A stretch of 64,000 nt of DNA, from positions 51,894,001 to 51,958,000 of the forward strand of contig OX597824.1 in NCBI GenBank assembly GCA_951406725.2, given 5' to 3'. The translations under genes and the position numbers were made by a program. The DNA is from Octopus vulgaris. Its lineage: Eukaryota. This document shows, one piece after another, positions 24,140-39,200 of this stretch (positions within the stretch are counted from its first letter, which is position 1; every line of letters begins with the position of its first letter). The notes beneath the pieces are model-generated. The model was not told the DNA's origin and did no database searches. It was given only the letters and a program-made list of their open reading frames with translations.

Positions 24140-24340
24140 CGGCTACTGACGCTTCCGTGCCTATTGAGCTTGTTTCGAATGTTTCGAATACATCCGTGTA
24201 GCATTGTGAGGGCAAAGGTTTTTCGGAAATTGTCAATAATCCCTGATGAAACTGTTCAGACTGTTCTGGTATACGTCTATAAATGTTCCAAGACTATTGT
24301 CACACACTCCCGCCGTGAGGATGGACTTTCATCGGCCATA
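24140..24340 (-). mobile_element. Decayed Tc1/mariner-family transposase N-terminal HTH fragment
   Basis: MADES..RECVTIVLEH..IRNIRNKLNRHGSVS resembles a DUF4817-type HTH; contains stops. Confidence 0.4.
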
Positions 24341-24661
24341 TTGTCCAGTTGGTAAAATGCAATGATCAACTTTAGTTCAAGACTTACCCAAGGGTGAAAA
24401 CACGGTCAAACAGGCGAGCTACAGAAAAGTGTGTAGTAACGCACTTTGTTACTCGTCACCACTGTCATATTTCAGCAGTCAACTACAACAACAACAATAA
24501 TAAAATTATAATAATTCTTTCTATTATTGGCACGAGGCCAGGATTTTAAGTGGTAGGGCAGTCGATTACATCATACCCAGTACTCAACTGGTACTTATTT
24601 CATCGACCAAGAAAAGACGGAAGGCAAAGTCGACAACAACAACAACAACAACAATAATAAT

Positions 24662-24700
<39 letters not shown>

Positions 24701-25305
24701 ATAATAAAACATAATTTAGGATTAGTAGAACAACAAACAGAATACCTTGTATTCTGGTTGCATTTTTCTGTTTTCCAATTTTAAATCACATCAATATCTA
24801 TAAATCTGAAATGCGAAAAGTTTGTTTGTCTGGTTTTGGCACTGGAACGGGTTAAAAGCCACTAGATCCCGTTGGATTGACTCCAAAATTTACAGGGACA
24901 TGTAAAATGAGGTGAGGATGCGAGTGGGCTAAGTTAGAAATCCCTATGTTAAAAGGTGTCGTTACTAGGGCAAAAAAGCACACTTTGACAAGTCTCCTCT
25001 CATTCTCTTATCTGCATGTCTTCCTCCGACTCTCTCTGTTTCCTCCCTTCCCATCACTTTCTCTCTATAACGACGTTTGATAGATACTACTATCTTTCCC
25101 TCGCTGCCTTCGCCCGCGCTGTCCCTCTTTCCCCCACCGCCTTCCCCTCCCTCTGTATGTCTTTCTGCATTCATAGAGAGTTTTATTATTATGAGAACAA
25201 ATATTATGAATCAGATATTTATTGGGTTAATTTATAAATGTGTGTGTGTGTGTTCTAGATATAAATATGTATATATAATGTATATATACAAAGTGTATAT
25301 ATCTG

Positions 25306-25347
<42 letters not shown>

Positions 25348-25401
25348 CTGTATACATTTGTATATATAATGCGTACACACACACACACACATACATATAT
25401 G

Positions 25402-25471
<70 letters not shown>

Positions 25472-26784
25472 GTGTGCATTATGTGGTCGGTTGAGGTGAA
25501 AATATGCACACCTATGTTAAAAGTGCTGGCGAGTTTGCATGGCAACTATTTTTTTCCTCAAATGAAAGGCGTGACCTCTAAGACAAAATTCCTCATCTTA
25601 TAAAATGTGGCCCGAGTTGACCTGAATGAAATCGGGTTATATTAACCAAAATGTGGAAAGGAGTCTAAATGGGGCTGGAAGGGGATTAAAATTTACAGTA
25701 GCAGGTGTTTAGGAATTCTCTGTTATATCAAGCTAAAAAATTTGCGCCAACCTTTAAATCTTCAATGTGTTGCCGTCCATGATGAAGAAGTTTTGAATAC
25801 TTGCATTGGTGAGTCTACTGTCGTGAGAAAGAATCACTTCAAAACTTAGTGTTTAGGAATTTTCTTTTACATCAAGTTCAAAATGTTACGCTTGCCGTTA
25901 AACTGCCACAACGTTACTGTCCGTCGTTAAGAAATGCCAGCCATTGTGACTATCCTCAGATTCTATCCCTTCAAACTTTGGTTTCCAATATTTTTTTTAT
26001 TTTTGTTCCGCTTGCAAGTTCGTCTGTCCCTTTTAAATGTTAGTGTTTTGCTGTCTGCCTTGAAGCAGACCTTTCCGTTGTCACAACCTGATATTTATGA
26101 TTGATCTTTCAAAATACTTTCTTTCTCAACTTACTCAAGATTTTTGTTGTTTATAAATGGGAGATAGAGAGAGAAAGATAGAAAGAGAAAGCGAGGGAGA
26201 GTCCGAGAGAAAGGAAGAGTAAGAGAGTGGGAAAGTGAGAGAGAAACAAAGAGGGAGAATGTGGTGATAAAAAACATAAAGGAGGCAACAGAAAGTAACA
26301 ACCACACTCTTACCCGCTCTACGAGCGGGTTACCTTAAGCTTGTTTAAGCATACGTTACATTACATCTTCCCACAATCGATGAAGTAGCAACCAGTAGGA
26401 AACTGGAGCTGATATCATCAATTGTAAGTATGAATAAGATAATTCAGCATAGATACAGTTCTTTGCCTAAAGTTAGTAAAAGACAAAAGAAATAATCTCC
26501 TTCGAATTTGTACACCCTACGAAATGTTGCTTTGGAAAATGTCCTGTCTTCACGACTCTATAAGAAAATATATTGATATTTCTGTGGATGAGTGAATACT
26601 TTGTAAGGATGTGTAATGTACATAATACACACATGCATACATACATACATACATACATACATACATACATACATACATACATACATACATACATACATAC
26701 ATACATACATACATACATACATACATACATGCACAAGTGCTCGATTAAACCAAACGTGCTAGAAAACTATCAATCGCTGATTTA

Positions 26785-28061
26785 TCAGGTTATCCCAAAA
26801 GTTCTCTCCGAATTTTGAATAAAGAAAACAAGTGATCAAATGTTATATTTAATTGAAATTTAATCATCATTGTACTCTACCTGATTATCTATGACTTCCT
26901 TCCATCTATTTACAAGCTTTTTAATCCCATCAATGTAAAACTCTTTTGGTTTCAAGCGAAGAACTCTGAAATGTTAGTTTCGACCTCCTCCATGCTTGCG
27001 AAAGAATATGTCCCCCAAATGATTCTGTAAACTATGAAACAAATGGTAGTCTGAAGGAGCAAGGTCTGGAGAATAAGGTGGATGAGGAATTTTTCCCACC
27101 TAAGCTCTACAATCTTCTGTGATGTGATCTTTGCATGTGGTATCGCGCATTGTCTTGACGAAACATCACTCATTTTCGATTCACTAAAGCGGGTCCTTTT
27201 TTCTTCAAATCTTGGTTCAAGCGCTCTAATTGCTGACAGTAGACTTGAGCATTGATCGTTGCATTAGGTAGTAATAATTCAAAGTGAATTACTCCTTTGC
27301 AATCCCACCAGATAGAAATAACTTTTTCCCCATGAAGTTCCCTTCTCGATTGTGGTTCAGCTTTTCCTCTTTTACCAAGCCACTGTTTACGACGTTTAAT
27401 ATTTCGATAGAAGATCCATTATTCGTCACCAGTCAGAGGTCTATCCAAAAAGGGTAAAATGAGTTCGCGAGAAAGGAGAGAAGAGCAGATGTCAACTCGG
27501 GATTTGCGGTTGCTTTCGGACAATTCATGAGTCACCCATTTTCCATGTTTAGGAACCTTTCCAAGTTGTTGAAGATGACGATAAGCAGTTGTATGGTTTG
27601 AACTAAGCTTTATTGCCAATTCTTCAACTGATAATGCAGGATTTTCTTCAAGTAATGCCTCAAGGAGCTTAGCATCAAACTCAACTGGTTTGATCTTCAT
27701 CTTCAAGGCCGAAATCTCCACTTCTGTATTTTGCAAACCATCTTCTGCAAGTTCTTTTATTGAAGCATTCTTTCCCATAAACTGAGTTTATGTTTCGAGT
27801 CGCTTCGTCTGCAGAGTTTCCTTTTTTTGTTCTCATAAAGCATTATGTGCCTCAAATGCTCTTTGGATACTTTCATGTTAGAAAGGGTTTTAATTAAAGA
27901 AATTTTAATTCTATTATTCTGTAAAATAATATTTAATTAGTTTAAATATACACAAATGCATAAAACTAATTTTTAATTCCATTAGACATTCTAAAATACT
28001 ATTACATTTCATTCAGTTTAAAAAAATAGTAAAATCGGACAGAACTTATGGGATGACCTGA
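26785..28061 (-). mobile_element. mariner transposon, second subfamily, full length but defective
   Basis: TA-flanked TIRs TCAGGTTATCCCAAAAGTTCTCTCCGA / TCGGACAGAACTTATGGGATGACCTGA; 1277 bp; GKWVTHELSE, LTGDE and HPPYSPDLAPSDYHLF-type motifs in broken frames. Confidence 0.95.
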
Positions 28062-28440
28062 TAGTTAAAAAATAGATATAAATATATAATCCATTGACAT
28101 CATGCAAATATATATTTTAGTGTACATACAGGAGAAAAGTATCCAACGCATGTCATGCAATTTATATATTCGTTCTCATAAACACGCATGTACACACACA
28201 CGCACACACGCACACACAGACATAGACACACACAGACACGCACACATACACACACGCACGCGCGCGCGCGCAGCACACACACACTCTTTTTTTTTAGATT
28301 TTGGCTATGCTCAATCGCCGTTACAGATTCCTACAGTCCTTCATCTGTGCATTTTTTCTATTTCGACTTGTAATGTTCTTTAAATTTGCATGTGTATGGA
28401 TGTGTGTGAGCGTGTGAGTGTGAGACAGAGGCAGAGATAG

Positions 28441-28498
<58 letters not shown>

Positions 28499-28934
28499 AG
28501 AGAGTTAGAGAAAGAGCGTTATATCTTCATGTGTGTGTGTGTGTGTGTGTGTATAAAAATGTGACCGCATAGAATCAATAGGGTATTGATTAGCAAGCGA
28601 CAAAAAGTGACTTTGAGTCCTGCCTCAGCCAAAGACGATGCTTTTGTAAAGTTTAGAAAACCTTGTTTGGATTCCAATCAGCGTCACTTTCATGGATTGA
28701 AAAAACAACGTCACTGAATTCCTTAAGTCCAATTTGTAAAACATTTATCCAAGAAATGCGGGAAACACTTGCTTATGAAAGAAAAGTGGCTTATTAAATG
28801 CTAAAACGGACATACTAAGGATAGTGTTACAATGAAATATCTATGAAATTTGAATGGTTTAATGTCGGTGTGGTGAACAATCCATAAAAGTAGCTCGAAT
28901 ATATTTTAAGTATGTACATTTAATAATGCCTATC

Positions 28935-29320
28935 TTTTATCTTTTACTTATTTCAGTCATTCAACTGCGACCATTCTGGAGTACCGCCTTGAAGAAGTTT
29001 TAGTCGAATTAATCGCCTGCAGTACATTTTTTTAAAAGCTTCGCACTTATTCTATCGGTCTCTTTTCCGAACCGCTAAGTTACGGGAACGTAAACACACC
29101 AACACCGGTTGTCATGCGGTGGGGACAGACACAAAGACAAAGACATACACACACATAGATATATACCACGGGCTTCCTTCAGTTTCTGTCTACGAAATAT
29201 ACTCACAAGGTCAGCCTAAGGGTGTGGTAGAAGTCACTTGCCCAAGGTTCCACGCAGTGGACCTGAACCCGGAGATGTGGTTTGGAAGCAAGCTTCTTAG
29301 TACACAGCCACGTCTGCACC
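28935..29320 (-). mobile_element. CORE-type tRNA SINE, near full length
   Basis: Head GGCTGTGT..AAGAAGCTTGCTTCCAAACCACA, CCGGGTTCAG, CCTTGGGCAAGT and tail GGCGGTACTCCAGAATGGTCGCAG..GACTGAAATAAGTAAAA. Confidence 0.88.
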
Positions 29321-29845
29321 TATGTTTCTATTAAACATAGTATATAGATGATACAATGAAACAAGCAAATATAAATAGAAAACAAAAGGGTGCTAAAAAC
29401 GGATGACGCAAAGTACGATGACGCAAAGCATGATTGATCAGAGATTGAGTGAAATTTACCGGTTAATTTAGATAGATGTTATAGATACGGCTGGTGATCT
29501 TCGCAAACATTTACAGGTCAATATCAGCACGTAAAACGTGGCTGGAGGAAGCGGAAACTGGTTCGAGTGCTTGTAATAAGGGTGAATTCTATTTACAAGC
29601 TAACAGTCTTGTTCAAGGTATTTAATTGCCAGTAAGAGCAAAAACATGTATGTATGTATGTATGTATGTATGTATGTATGTATGTATGTATGTATGCATG
29701 CGTGCATGCATGCATGTATGTATGTATGCATGCATGTATGTATATAAAAAGAATTATATAGGCAAGCATGTGTGTGTACGTATAAATACACATTCATATA
29801 TACACACATGCGCACACACACATACATATATATATTTATGTATAC

Positions 29846-29876
<31 letters not shown>

Positions 29877-29882
29877 TGTATG

Positions 29883-29920
<38 letters not shown>

Positions 29921-30109
29921 CATACATGCATACATAAACATACCCACATACATATGCACACATAAATACCTATGTATTTTGTGTTCGTACGTCGGTGTGA
30001 CACGTTTGTAATATGCATGCATGTAGAAATATGTTGTATGCATGTATGTATGTATGTATGTATGTATGTATACATGTATGTATTTAGATTTAAGGACAGA
30101 ATTACTTAC

Positions 30110-30164
30110 CGGAAGATATTGTCCTCCAAGTGACTAGTAAATTTAGTTGTTTTTCAGAAAGAGG
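30110..30164 (-). other. Candidate 55-nt internal exon
   Basis: ctcatttcccatttcAG|...CCG|GTAAGT; a single open frame PLSEKQLNLLVTWRTISS. Confidence 0.4.
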
Positions 30165-30327
30165 CTGAAATGGGAAATGAGATAACTGAACGATACGATT
30201 GGTTTAGTACATTTGCTTGTTTGATTTGTGGAACACACCAGCAGACATGGCCTCTTCTCTCACTTTATCTGAAAGTGTTGATTTTGTTTATTTTTATGTG
30301 TTTATGTATTTTATCATGTTTCCAGTG
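30158..30327 (+). other. Candidate 170-nt exon encoding an N-terminus with hydrophobic segment
   Basis: tttagttgtttttcAG|...GTG|GTGAGT; open frame with ATG at 30170: MGNEITERYDWFSTFACLICGTHQQTWPLLSLYLKVLILFIFMCLCILSCFQ. Confidence 0.4.
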
Positions 30328-30412
30328 GTGAGTAAATGCACCGACTGACCGGCATCTCGAAATTGTTACGAGGCTTCTTGATTGAAAAACAACAAAAATA
30401 AATAATGATAAA

Positions 30413-30490
<78 letters not shown>

Positions 30491-31089
30491 ACTACTACTA
30501 CTACTACTACTACAACTACTGCTGCTGCTGCTGCCTGACACAGAAAGAGCAAGAACACACACATATGGCTGCATATGCGCTTAATTTATAAGAATTCTGC
30601 TTTATTGTCTAATTTTTACTTTGTTTTGTAGAAATTTTTATTGAATGGTAAAGCAGAGGAAACGTTTAGAACATGGTAAATAGAGAGATATAGAGTATTG
30701 GGGGGGGGGGGGGGTCGAGAGAATGATGAAAATAGTAAAAGAATGGAGGAAAGTGAGAAAGAAAAATTTAGAAAATTAAGAACCTGAATGTGGATAGATT
30801 TTAAAGTTGGACGATTGTAACAAATGACACGTCCCACTTATAATGCCATTTCCCTCACATTCTGGCAGAAAATATTTTGAAAAATACAGAAATAACGGTG
30901 GTGCTACAGCAAAGCCGCACCCTAGGGACTGAAACTAAGAAGAAAGTTAAAGAAAATAAGGGGAAAATATCCCGTTAAGGACCTCATGATTTATGACAAT
31001 CATCACGAACTTTACATGGAATTAATATGTATCGAATAAGTCTATCCAAAAACAGCGATATAACAATGCAAGTAATAATAGTGATAAAC

Positions 31090-31520
31090 CTTTCTACTAT
31101 AGAAACAAAACTTGAAATTTTGGCGGGAAGGTGTAAGTCGATTACATCGCCCCCCCCCCATCCCAGTGATCGACATGTGCGCATTTTATCCACCACGAAA
31201 GGATGAATGGTGACCACGGCTGAGTTGGAACTCATAGCCTAAAACCAGAAGACATACTGCTAAGTGTTTTGTCCCACGCACCGCCTTTGTAGCAATAGTA
31301 TCAATCCTTTCTACTAATAGGCGCAAGGTTTGAAATTTTGTGAGAGGGGGCTATTAGTCGATTATATCGTCCCAAATACTCAACTAATACTTACTTTCAT
31401 CGACTCAGAAAGGACACGAGATAAAGTCGATGACAGTAGAATTTGAACTCAGAATGTAAATACGGACGAAATGCCGCTAAGCATTTTGTCCGGTATGCTA
31501 ACGATTCTGCCAGATTGCCG
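31090..31520 (-). mobile_element. Two adjacent Nin/Deu-type SINEs
   Basis: About 31090-31286 and 31306-31520, reverse complement of the family pattern. Confidence 0.8.
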
Positions 31521-32239
31521 TCATAATTAGGTATAAACAGATCCAGTACATGACAGGTGTATTATTGTTATCGTTGCCGGATGAATGAAAGATACTATCT
31601 ATCCCAATAGGATTTGAAATCAAATTAAAGTGGTGTACTAAAGACCTGATCAGGCGCTCTAAGGACTCTGAATAATATTACCATTTCATAGACTTCAATC
31701 AACTTTATGAAAATTTAGTTGTACTCATTTCATGCATACATTACTGCAAGTGTACACACTGACATAATACAATTATTCACTAATAAGTGCTCTCTTTCTC
31801 TCTCCCCCTCCATTTCTTCCCCCTCTCTTTCGCTTTCCTACATATCCGCATTGCAAAATACAAAATGTGCAAAAATACAAAGTTTTACAAAGAGAATGTA
31901 CATACATGCATATATGAATATATACATACATACATGCATACATGCATGCATACATACATACATACATACATACATACATACATACATACATACATACATA
32001 CATACATACATACATACATACATACATACGTACGTATGTATTTATGTATGTATGTATGTATGTATTTATGTATGTATGTATGTATGTACTGCAAAGGTTT
32101 TCTATCTCCCCTATCTCTAATTCTGAAAACTAAAAGACCTCGAAATCGATGAAAATGTTGCATATTGGTGCCAGAATAACAAAAAGTTCTTCTGTAGACT
32201 CCGGAAAATATGCAATTTAGAGCCATCTGCATTAAATAA

Positions 32240-33308
32240 GATCATATCTCACAATGCTTTTGCAGTACCAGTCATAGCACTAACATGAGATACTGGACTG
32301 GACACTCGATGAAATACGTAGCCTGATATCAAAACCAGAAAGGTACTGACCATCACTGGCAAGTTTCACGTTAACAGCGTAACCGATAGAATTTATGAGA
32401 TGAAGTGATGGTGGTTGCGGCATAACGTCAGTCCAAATACCCTTTGAATATCGCATTGTATATCTCAGACAATATCTACTAAGCAGTAAAGAAAGAAATG
32501 AATACAATACATGCAAAGTGAGAGCAACAACATCTTCACGGTTGGAGAAGAACTATTGTGCAGGTATCTTGAGAATACAATTGTCTCATGCGACCCAGAG
32601 GAGGCTGGACTGTCCTACCAATACAGAAGCTTGAAGGAGAAGCAGGCATCATACTATTAAAAAGAAATCCATGGATACATATGCCGTAAACTTGACCTCA
32701 ACAACAGCATTGACAGAAAGAGTAGCCTCTCCTGAACCTATGATAGATTACGTTACATCTCGCCTAGAAAGGTATGCCTTCGCTGTCCAGGAACAGGAAC
32801 TAGCTGCTAAATACCTGGTAAACAAGAACAAAAATACTACCACACTTTCACGTTATGATAAAAAATGTCTCTGCTAATCTGGTGTGGAATATATCATTCA
32901 TATCAGCAGCTACTCTGAAATGCCTAAAAGACACTACCAGCCCCAAAGCAAGGTATGGTTGCAAAGACTATTTATAATGGTATCCACAGGAAGGACTGCC
33001 GTGACGTACATATCAGAGGCATGTCAGAAACAGCATTTTCACACCTTTAAAAACAAGGAATGCTGGTGGGAGAGCAATGCGGTGCAAACAACTGACCTGA
33101 TATTGTTCTGTGGGACATGCACTATTGCAGAGGTCAGCTGCCCAGCGGATGTGAATGTACAATCAAAAGTCCAGGAAAAATTAATGCGGAACTAACAGCT
33201 CTTGTATCCTGACTATATCTCCTCGTTTGTACCTCTCGATATAGGTGCATTAGGTTAGGTACCGATAACTTAGCACAAAAACCTAGAAATACTCGGTTTC
33301 ATGGAGTA

Positions 33309-33353
<45 letters not shown>

Positions 33354-33430
33354 AAAAGAAACTGATGCGGATTCTCTAAATCCAATCTATTAGTGGCACA
33401 GTGATGATTTGTAAGACATTCCAAAAATCT
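32240..33430 (+). mobile_element. R4/Dong-type non-LTR retrotransposon, decayed 3' part
   Basis: HNAFAVPV, ILDWTLDEI, KTRKVLT, YAFAVQEQELAAKYL, HIISS, EVSCPADVN and IGALG motifs. Confidence 0.8.
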
Positions 33431-34079
33431 CCATGGGAGATTCTTATGTGAATAGATGCACACACTTGGGTGTATACATCGACTGTTCAACTAAAACACC
33501 AGCCCAACCACATATTTTCAAACACCGGGAACTTTCTTTACTCAATAAGCCTTTGTTAGCGATCGGCTTGAAATCTCTTAAGTAAAATCAAAGAAACTAA
33601 AAAAAATAATCTTACACACACACATGCATACATACATACATAAATACATACATACATACATACATAAAATACATACACACACACATACATACATACATAC
33701 ATACATACATACATACATACATACATACATACATACATACATACATGCGTGTGTATGCACAACTGCATAAATACACATGACTATATATATATATATATCT
33801 TTTATCTTTTATTAAACTTTTAATACTTTTGATATTTATAAAAAAAAAAATAAATAAATAAATAAATAAATTAATTAATAAATAAAATAATATATAAATA
33901 TAAAAATATACATACATACATATATATATATATTTGTATATATATATTTAAAATTTATAAGTTTAAATTATTTAAATAATTTTTTAATTTTTAACTTTTA
34001 TATTTTAAAATTAATTTCATGTATTGGCTTATGTTTTTCACTGTTTGATTTGCCTAATAGTGGTTTTATCTCTAATTTA

Positions 34080-34110
<31 letters not shown>

Positions 34111-34164
34111 TTAAAATCATATGTGCCTTTATGTAGTTGTGCATACACATGCACATACATGTGT

Positions 34165-34213
<49 letters not shown>

Positions 34214-34487
34214 CATCCACCCATCTATTCATACATACATACATACTTATATACGTACCATAATAACCAACTAAGTATAAGGCATGATGTGAGAGTTAAA
34301 ATGATGCCTTGGCTACACAACGCAGTTCTTAGAAAGGAAATATCCTGAAGATCAAAGTAGAAAGAATTGCATTGATTTAGAGAATATATTCATTCATAAT
34401 ATGAATAAAGCGTGATGGAATGTTTCAGTGAAAACCTGTGTAAAATGTATGCTTAACACACCAGACATAATGATCTGAGACAGATAA

Positions 34488-34836
34488 TCTTTTCTACTCT
34501 AGGTACAAAGCCCGAAATTTTGGGAAGGGGGCCAGTCAATTAGATCGACTCCAGTACGCAGCTGGTACTTAATTTATCGAGCTCGAAAGGATGAAAGGCA
34601 AAGTGAACATCGGCGAAATTTGAACTCAGAACGTAGCGGCAAACGAAATACCTATTTCTTTACTACCTACAAGGGGCTAAACAAGGACAAACAAGGACGG
34701 ACAAACGGATTAAGCCGATTACATCGATCCCAGTGCGTAACTAGTACTTAATTAACGAAAGGCAAAGTCGACCTCGACAGAATTTGAACTCAGAACGTAG
34801 CGGCAGACGAAATACCGCTAAGCATTTCGCCCGGCG
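34488..34836 (-). mobile_element. Tandem/chimeric pair of Nin/Deu-type SINEs
   Basis: Two successive copies with different 3' tails. Confidence 0.85.
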
Positions 34837-35185
34837 TTACATAAATACATACATGTTCACATACTTACATACATACCTATATACATCTACACACACACAC
34901 ACATATATCCATACATATACAGATGCATACATACATACATACATACATTCGACTAAAAGTTCTTCAATGTGGTGACCAGCTAAGGTGTGCTAAGCAAATA
35001 CAATACAAAATATGTCACAAGCAGTTATGTTCAGATCACAACTAAGTCTTAATTATATATATATGGCAACACACACACACACACACATACACACACGTAC
35101 ATACGCACACCTATTGCATACATGTTTTTTGTACATATACATGTTCGTACGTGTGCGTGTGTGCGCGCGCGCGTGTGTGTGTGTG

Positions 35186-35218
<33 letters not shown>

Positions 35219-36238
35219 CTGTGTGTGTGTTACCCGTGTATCAACAAAACACTTTTTTTCTCGAGGGAAAAAACTACAAAAGTCTTAACCAAATCTTACT
35301 CGTCACTAGAAGAGGACTTAACTCTTGTTTGTAAACAAAGGTGATTTCTTCGACTAGAAAATTGTTAAAAGATATTCATAAAAAAGTATAGAACTATATT
35401 ATCACCCAAATTTGAGAACTATATTATCTCCCAAATTAGAGAAACAGAACAGACATTCAATAACTTTTTTCTTCTAAAACTTCATTGCATGAGATTGATA
35501 CTATGAAATTCCTGGAATTGAGCTCTATCAATTAAGCTTAATCAAGTTATAGTTTAACAATGATAAATCTCAGAGCGAGTTATATTTGCCATTTGAATAT
35601 GGCTAACCCCTAAGGGTGGATGCTACTGTAGTTTGTAGCCAAAGGAAGATATCTCCTCCAGCTGGCTATAGACACACTATCTATGTCCTCTCAGTATTTG
35701 TGAAGGGAAGTCATCCTCCCCGCCTTCAACTCATGATACACACGGACCCGAGTTTCAAGGTGTTTACCTTTCATCAGCGTGTGACAATCATGGTTGTCGA
35801 CGAGAAGTCAGCTCCCTTCACAAATACATATACGTCAAGTTATAGTTTGTTTTAATAAAAAAGATAATTATACTTAAATCTTTAATTTTTTGCCTTATAT
35901 TTTGCTTTTAAAACAAAAAAGTTACTCAGATCTAAACTTGATAACGTTGGTAGAAATTTTGATGTCAACTTTTTTCTGCTGGACCAAACCTCAATTTTTT
36001 TATGCCAAAATGTAGCTAGGGACCAGTCCTCTTCAAAAATGTTCCCAGTTTTCAATTTGGTTAAGAATTGAATTAGCGACAAGCTCTAAAATATGCTGCG
36101 TGTGAGTAAATTGCGGCCTTAAGAATATTATCCAACTACTACCGTAGTTGAATAACTATATATGTTTTATAAAACATTTTATCCACAAAATCAGTGGGAC
36201 AAATTAGCTTAACAGAAACCCGTTGTATATATGTGTAT

Positions 36239-36270
<32 letters not shown>

Positions 36271-36702
36271 ACACACACACACACACTCACACACACACAC
36301 ACACATATATATATATACCGAGAGAGAGAGAGAGAGAAAGAGAGAGCGGGAGGGTGAGACAGAAAGATATGTATTATGTGTGTGTGTGAGCGTGCGCGCA
36401 CGAACATATGTTTACGTTTCTGTAAGTTTGCGGTCCAATAAATAAAGTTCAACAAAATATGTACCAAACTTTAGAGAGTAATATAAAAAGTAACAGGTAT
36501 CATTACCATCGATTACTTGTAGAAGGACAGCAGTTCAATGGCTAAAACCACTCACAGCATAACTACTTGACAATGTGCAGCACATTCTTCTAACCACGGT
36601 CCAGAGACCAATGAATTGACTATGAAAAGTACGAAAAATGGATGATTCCACCTGCTTATTGCTTATCAAAACTTTATTGACACAGTACATAACTTATATA
36701 CA

Positions 36703-36772
<70 letters not shown>

Positions 36773-36899
36773 GAGGGATTTATTACACATAAATGCCACA
36801 CGCTAGGAGGGGCTTTTAAAGTCAAAACAACTAAAATAAACATATCGTACCGAAAGCAAGTCTCGAAGCAACATATTTCAGCTGCAGATCACCAGTGAT

Positions 36900-39200
36900 T
36901 TCGTAATTAGTGCAGTTATATGCACTCTTCACTCATCGGTGCAAGCATACTTCAAGATTTATAATGAATGAACAAAAACAACATACCAGACGAACAACTG
37001 TCGCATCCACTGTAGCATATCGGACTGTTCACCCCTTACACATCTATGTAAATGGCGGGCTTTTCGAATTGCTGCTAAGTGAAATTTTATGGTGTATAGC
37101 AGCTAGGTATCGGAAGAACAAATTTGTGGCGAATACACATCCTTGGTTTAAGCCGTAGGTGATCGGGAAATCTTTTGATCTATTATTATTTTTTTAATGA
37201 TATGTCATCCCTCTGCAAAACTTTCACTGAGAAAAGTTGAAGATGATTGAACAGTATTCAGGCAAAAAAATTCACATGGATAAAGAGGCAGATATGCTGC
37301 GATTAGCTTTCTTAAAGATTGTAACCGGTAGATCATTAGATCTACCAGTACTGTTTGAGTTTCTTACATTTTCAGAATGCAGTTGAATACCTTTGCTTTC
37401 AAAGACTGGCCACCATATTGGATGAGTATGTCGTCTGGACCAGGCGATTTCCATGGTTTCATTTTTTTGACAAAACTCACAAAATTGCTGATTTACAAGC
37501 GCTGTTCAGCTGCATTGGAGATCCTATTTAGGAGAGTGCTGAGGTATTCCTCCAAGCGGTTTAATACGCTTTGGCTATTAACGAGAATGTTGGCGTTGCC
37601 GGCAGCATTCGATGTTGAGGCTCATGTTGGGCTGTAGAGTTCTTTGGTTGAAGCGCAGACATTTCTAAGGCCCACAGCATCTGCAGATCGTCGAAGCACA
37701 ATAGTCTTTTGTATATAATCAGCTGTTTTGACTCTCTCTGATCCAAACTTGACATACCAGCTTGAGCTCTTGAAAGCGGTTTTTCTTCATGTTTGAGGTG
37801 GGCTTCTTTTAGCATTGATTAGTTTAGAGAGTTCTTAGTTGTCTCAGTCGAACCAATCCTGTTTGTTTCTTTTCGTGTAGTCAATGGTGTTTTAAATCAC
37901 TTGTTAGATGACGTTTAGGATTGTTGTCCACTCTTCATTGGTGCTTTTGGTATTAGCTAGGCTGTTTGTCAGTTGGTCTTTGATGAATTCTTAGAAGTCT
38001 TCTGCTTGGTCTGTAAGCTTCGGTGTATTGAACTTTTTTCTTGGTTGATAGGTGGTTTACTATGAACAGAAATTCTGAGTCGGCTAATGGGGATTTTCTG
38101 GTCTACCCAACAGCTTCTCTCTGTCTTGTTGTCTTGATGATAGTGACGTCTTAGTTGTGGAAGTGATGAGTGATGATTGTATTCAAGGACGTGCTAATGC
38201 TTAGAACTTGGATGCATCTACGTAATTTTGAAACGGTTTGCGTTGCAGATTCTGGTGACTTGTTTTCCTATAATATTGTCTCACTGAGAGAAATTCTTTT
38301 TGATTCGGGCACTGAAATTGCCAAGTAAAATGAATTTGTCTTTAGGTGGTAATTTAAAAAGAATGGTGTTCAGCTGTTCATAGATTTGGTTCACATATTC
38401 CTTGGTGTGGAGTATAGATGCATAGACGGATATGCAAGTGATGAGTCTGGCTCTTGAGGGTGGGATACGGAGAGTCATGAGTTTTCATAGATGGCTTTTA
38501 GAGTGAGATGATAATCCTTCACTAATCGTGTCCTCACGGCAAAAACCAAATCTACACAATGACGTTCTCCTTTTCCCTTCCGAATGATGTTATAATCCGA
38601 ACTGATTCTTCAATATTGCCTTCTCTGAAAGTCTCGTCTCTCTCAAAATAGCAACGTCGACATTTAGTCTCACAAGTTCTTCAGCCACGAGAACTGTTCT
38701 TCTTTCAGGTTGGTTGTCACCTTCCTTTGGATCGAACAAAGTTCTTACATTCCATATCCCGATAGTCATGGCAGTAAGGCAATTGAGAAATGTCTTGCTA
38801 TTTGGAGCACATTCAAGGTAACCCTCTGAGTGCGATTTCTCAGCTCGGTATGAAATAACTTTTGATGTTTAGCCCGCGTATTCTAGGGCCCTCCCCATCT
38901 GGGTAGGCTGTAGTGTTGCTAAATAAGTCTGCTTAAACGTAGGTGTTGGACCGAATTTCAAAAAGGTTACGGATACCAAAAAAGGTGACTCTCGCTTACC
39001 TACCGCCAACGTGAAGGTCCAGACTAGGGACTCCCAATTTCACCAAAACATATTCCTGTCATCCTTGTCTCATAGTCGCTGGACTTTGTAAAGGAGGGTG
39101 AAATAGGAGAAAAGAAATGTGAAATGCCGTTGGCATAGTTGAAATTATAGTGGATCCAGACTTGACAGAAAGAGATCCACGCTCTGCGGCCTGGGAAATA
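36900..39200 (-). mobile_element. RTE-clade LINE, decayed 5' half (5'UTR, APE endonuclease, start of RT)
   Basis: MTIGIWNVRTL (ATG near 38769), PERRTVLVAEEL, ILRETRL, ISVYA, ILLGNFSARI and KSPGPDDI motifs; boundaries approximate. Confidence 0.85.

Noticed and set aside
24243-24275. CTGATGAAAC as a hammerhead core
   Set aside because: No stem II or GAAA; lies in a decayed transposase-like fragment.
30110-30164. PLSEKQLNLLVTW as a globin A-helix
   Set aside because: Spacing to Trp is one residue short, the intron position is atypical and no other globin exons were found.
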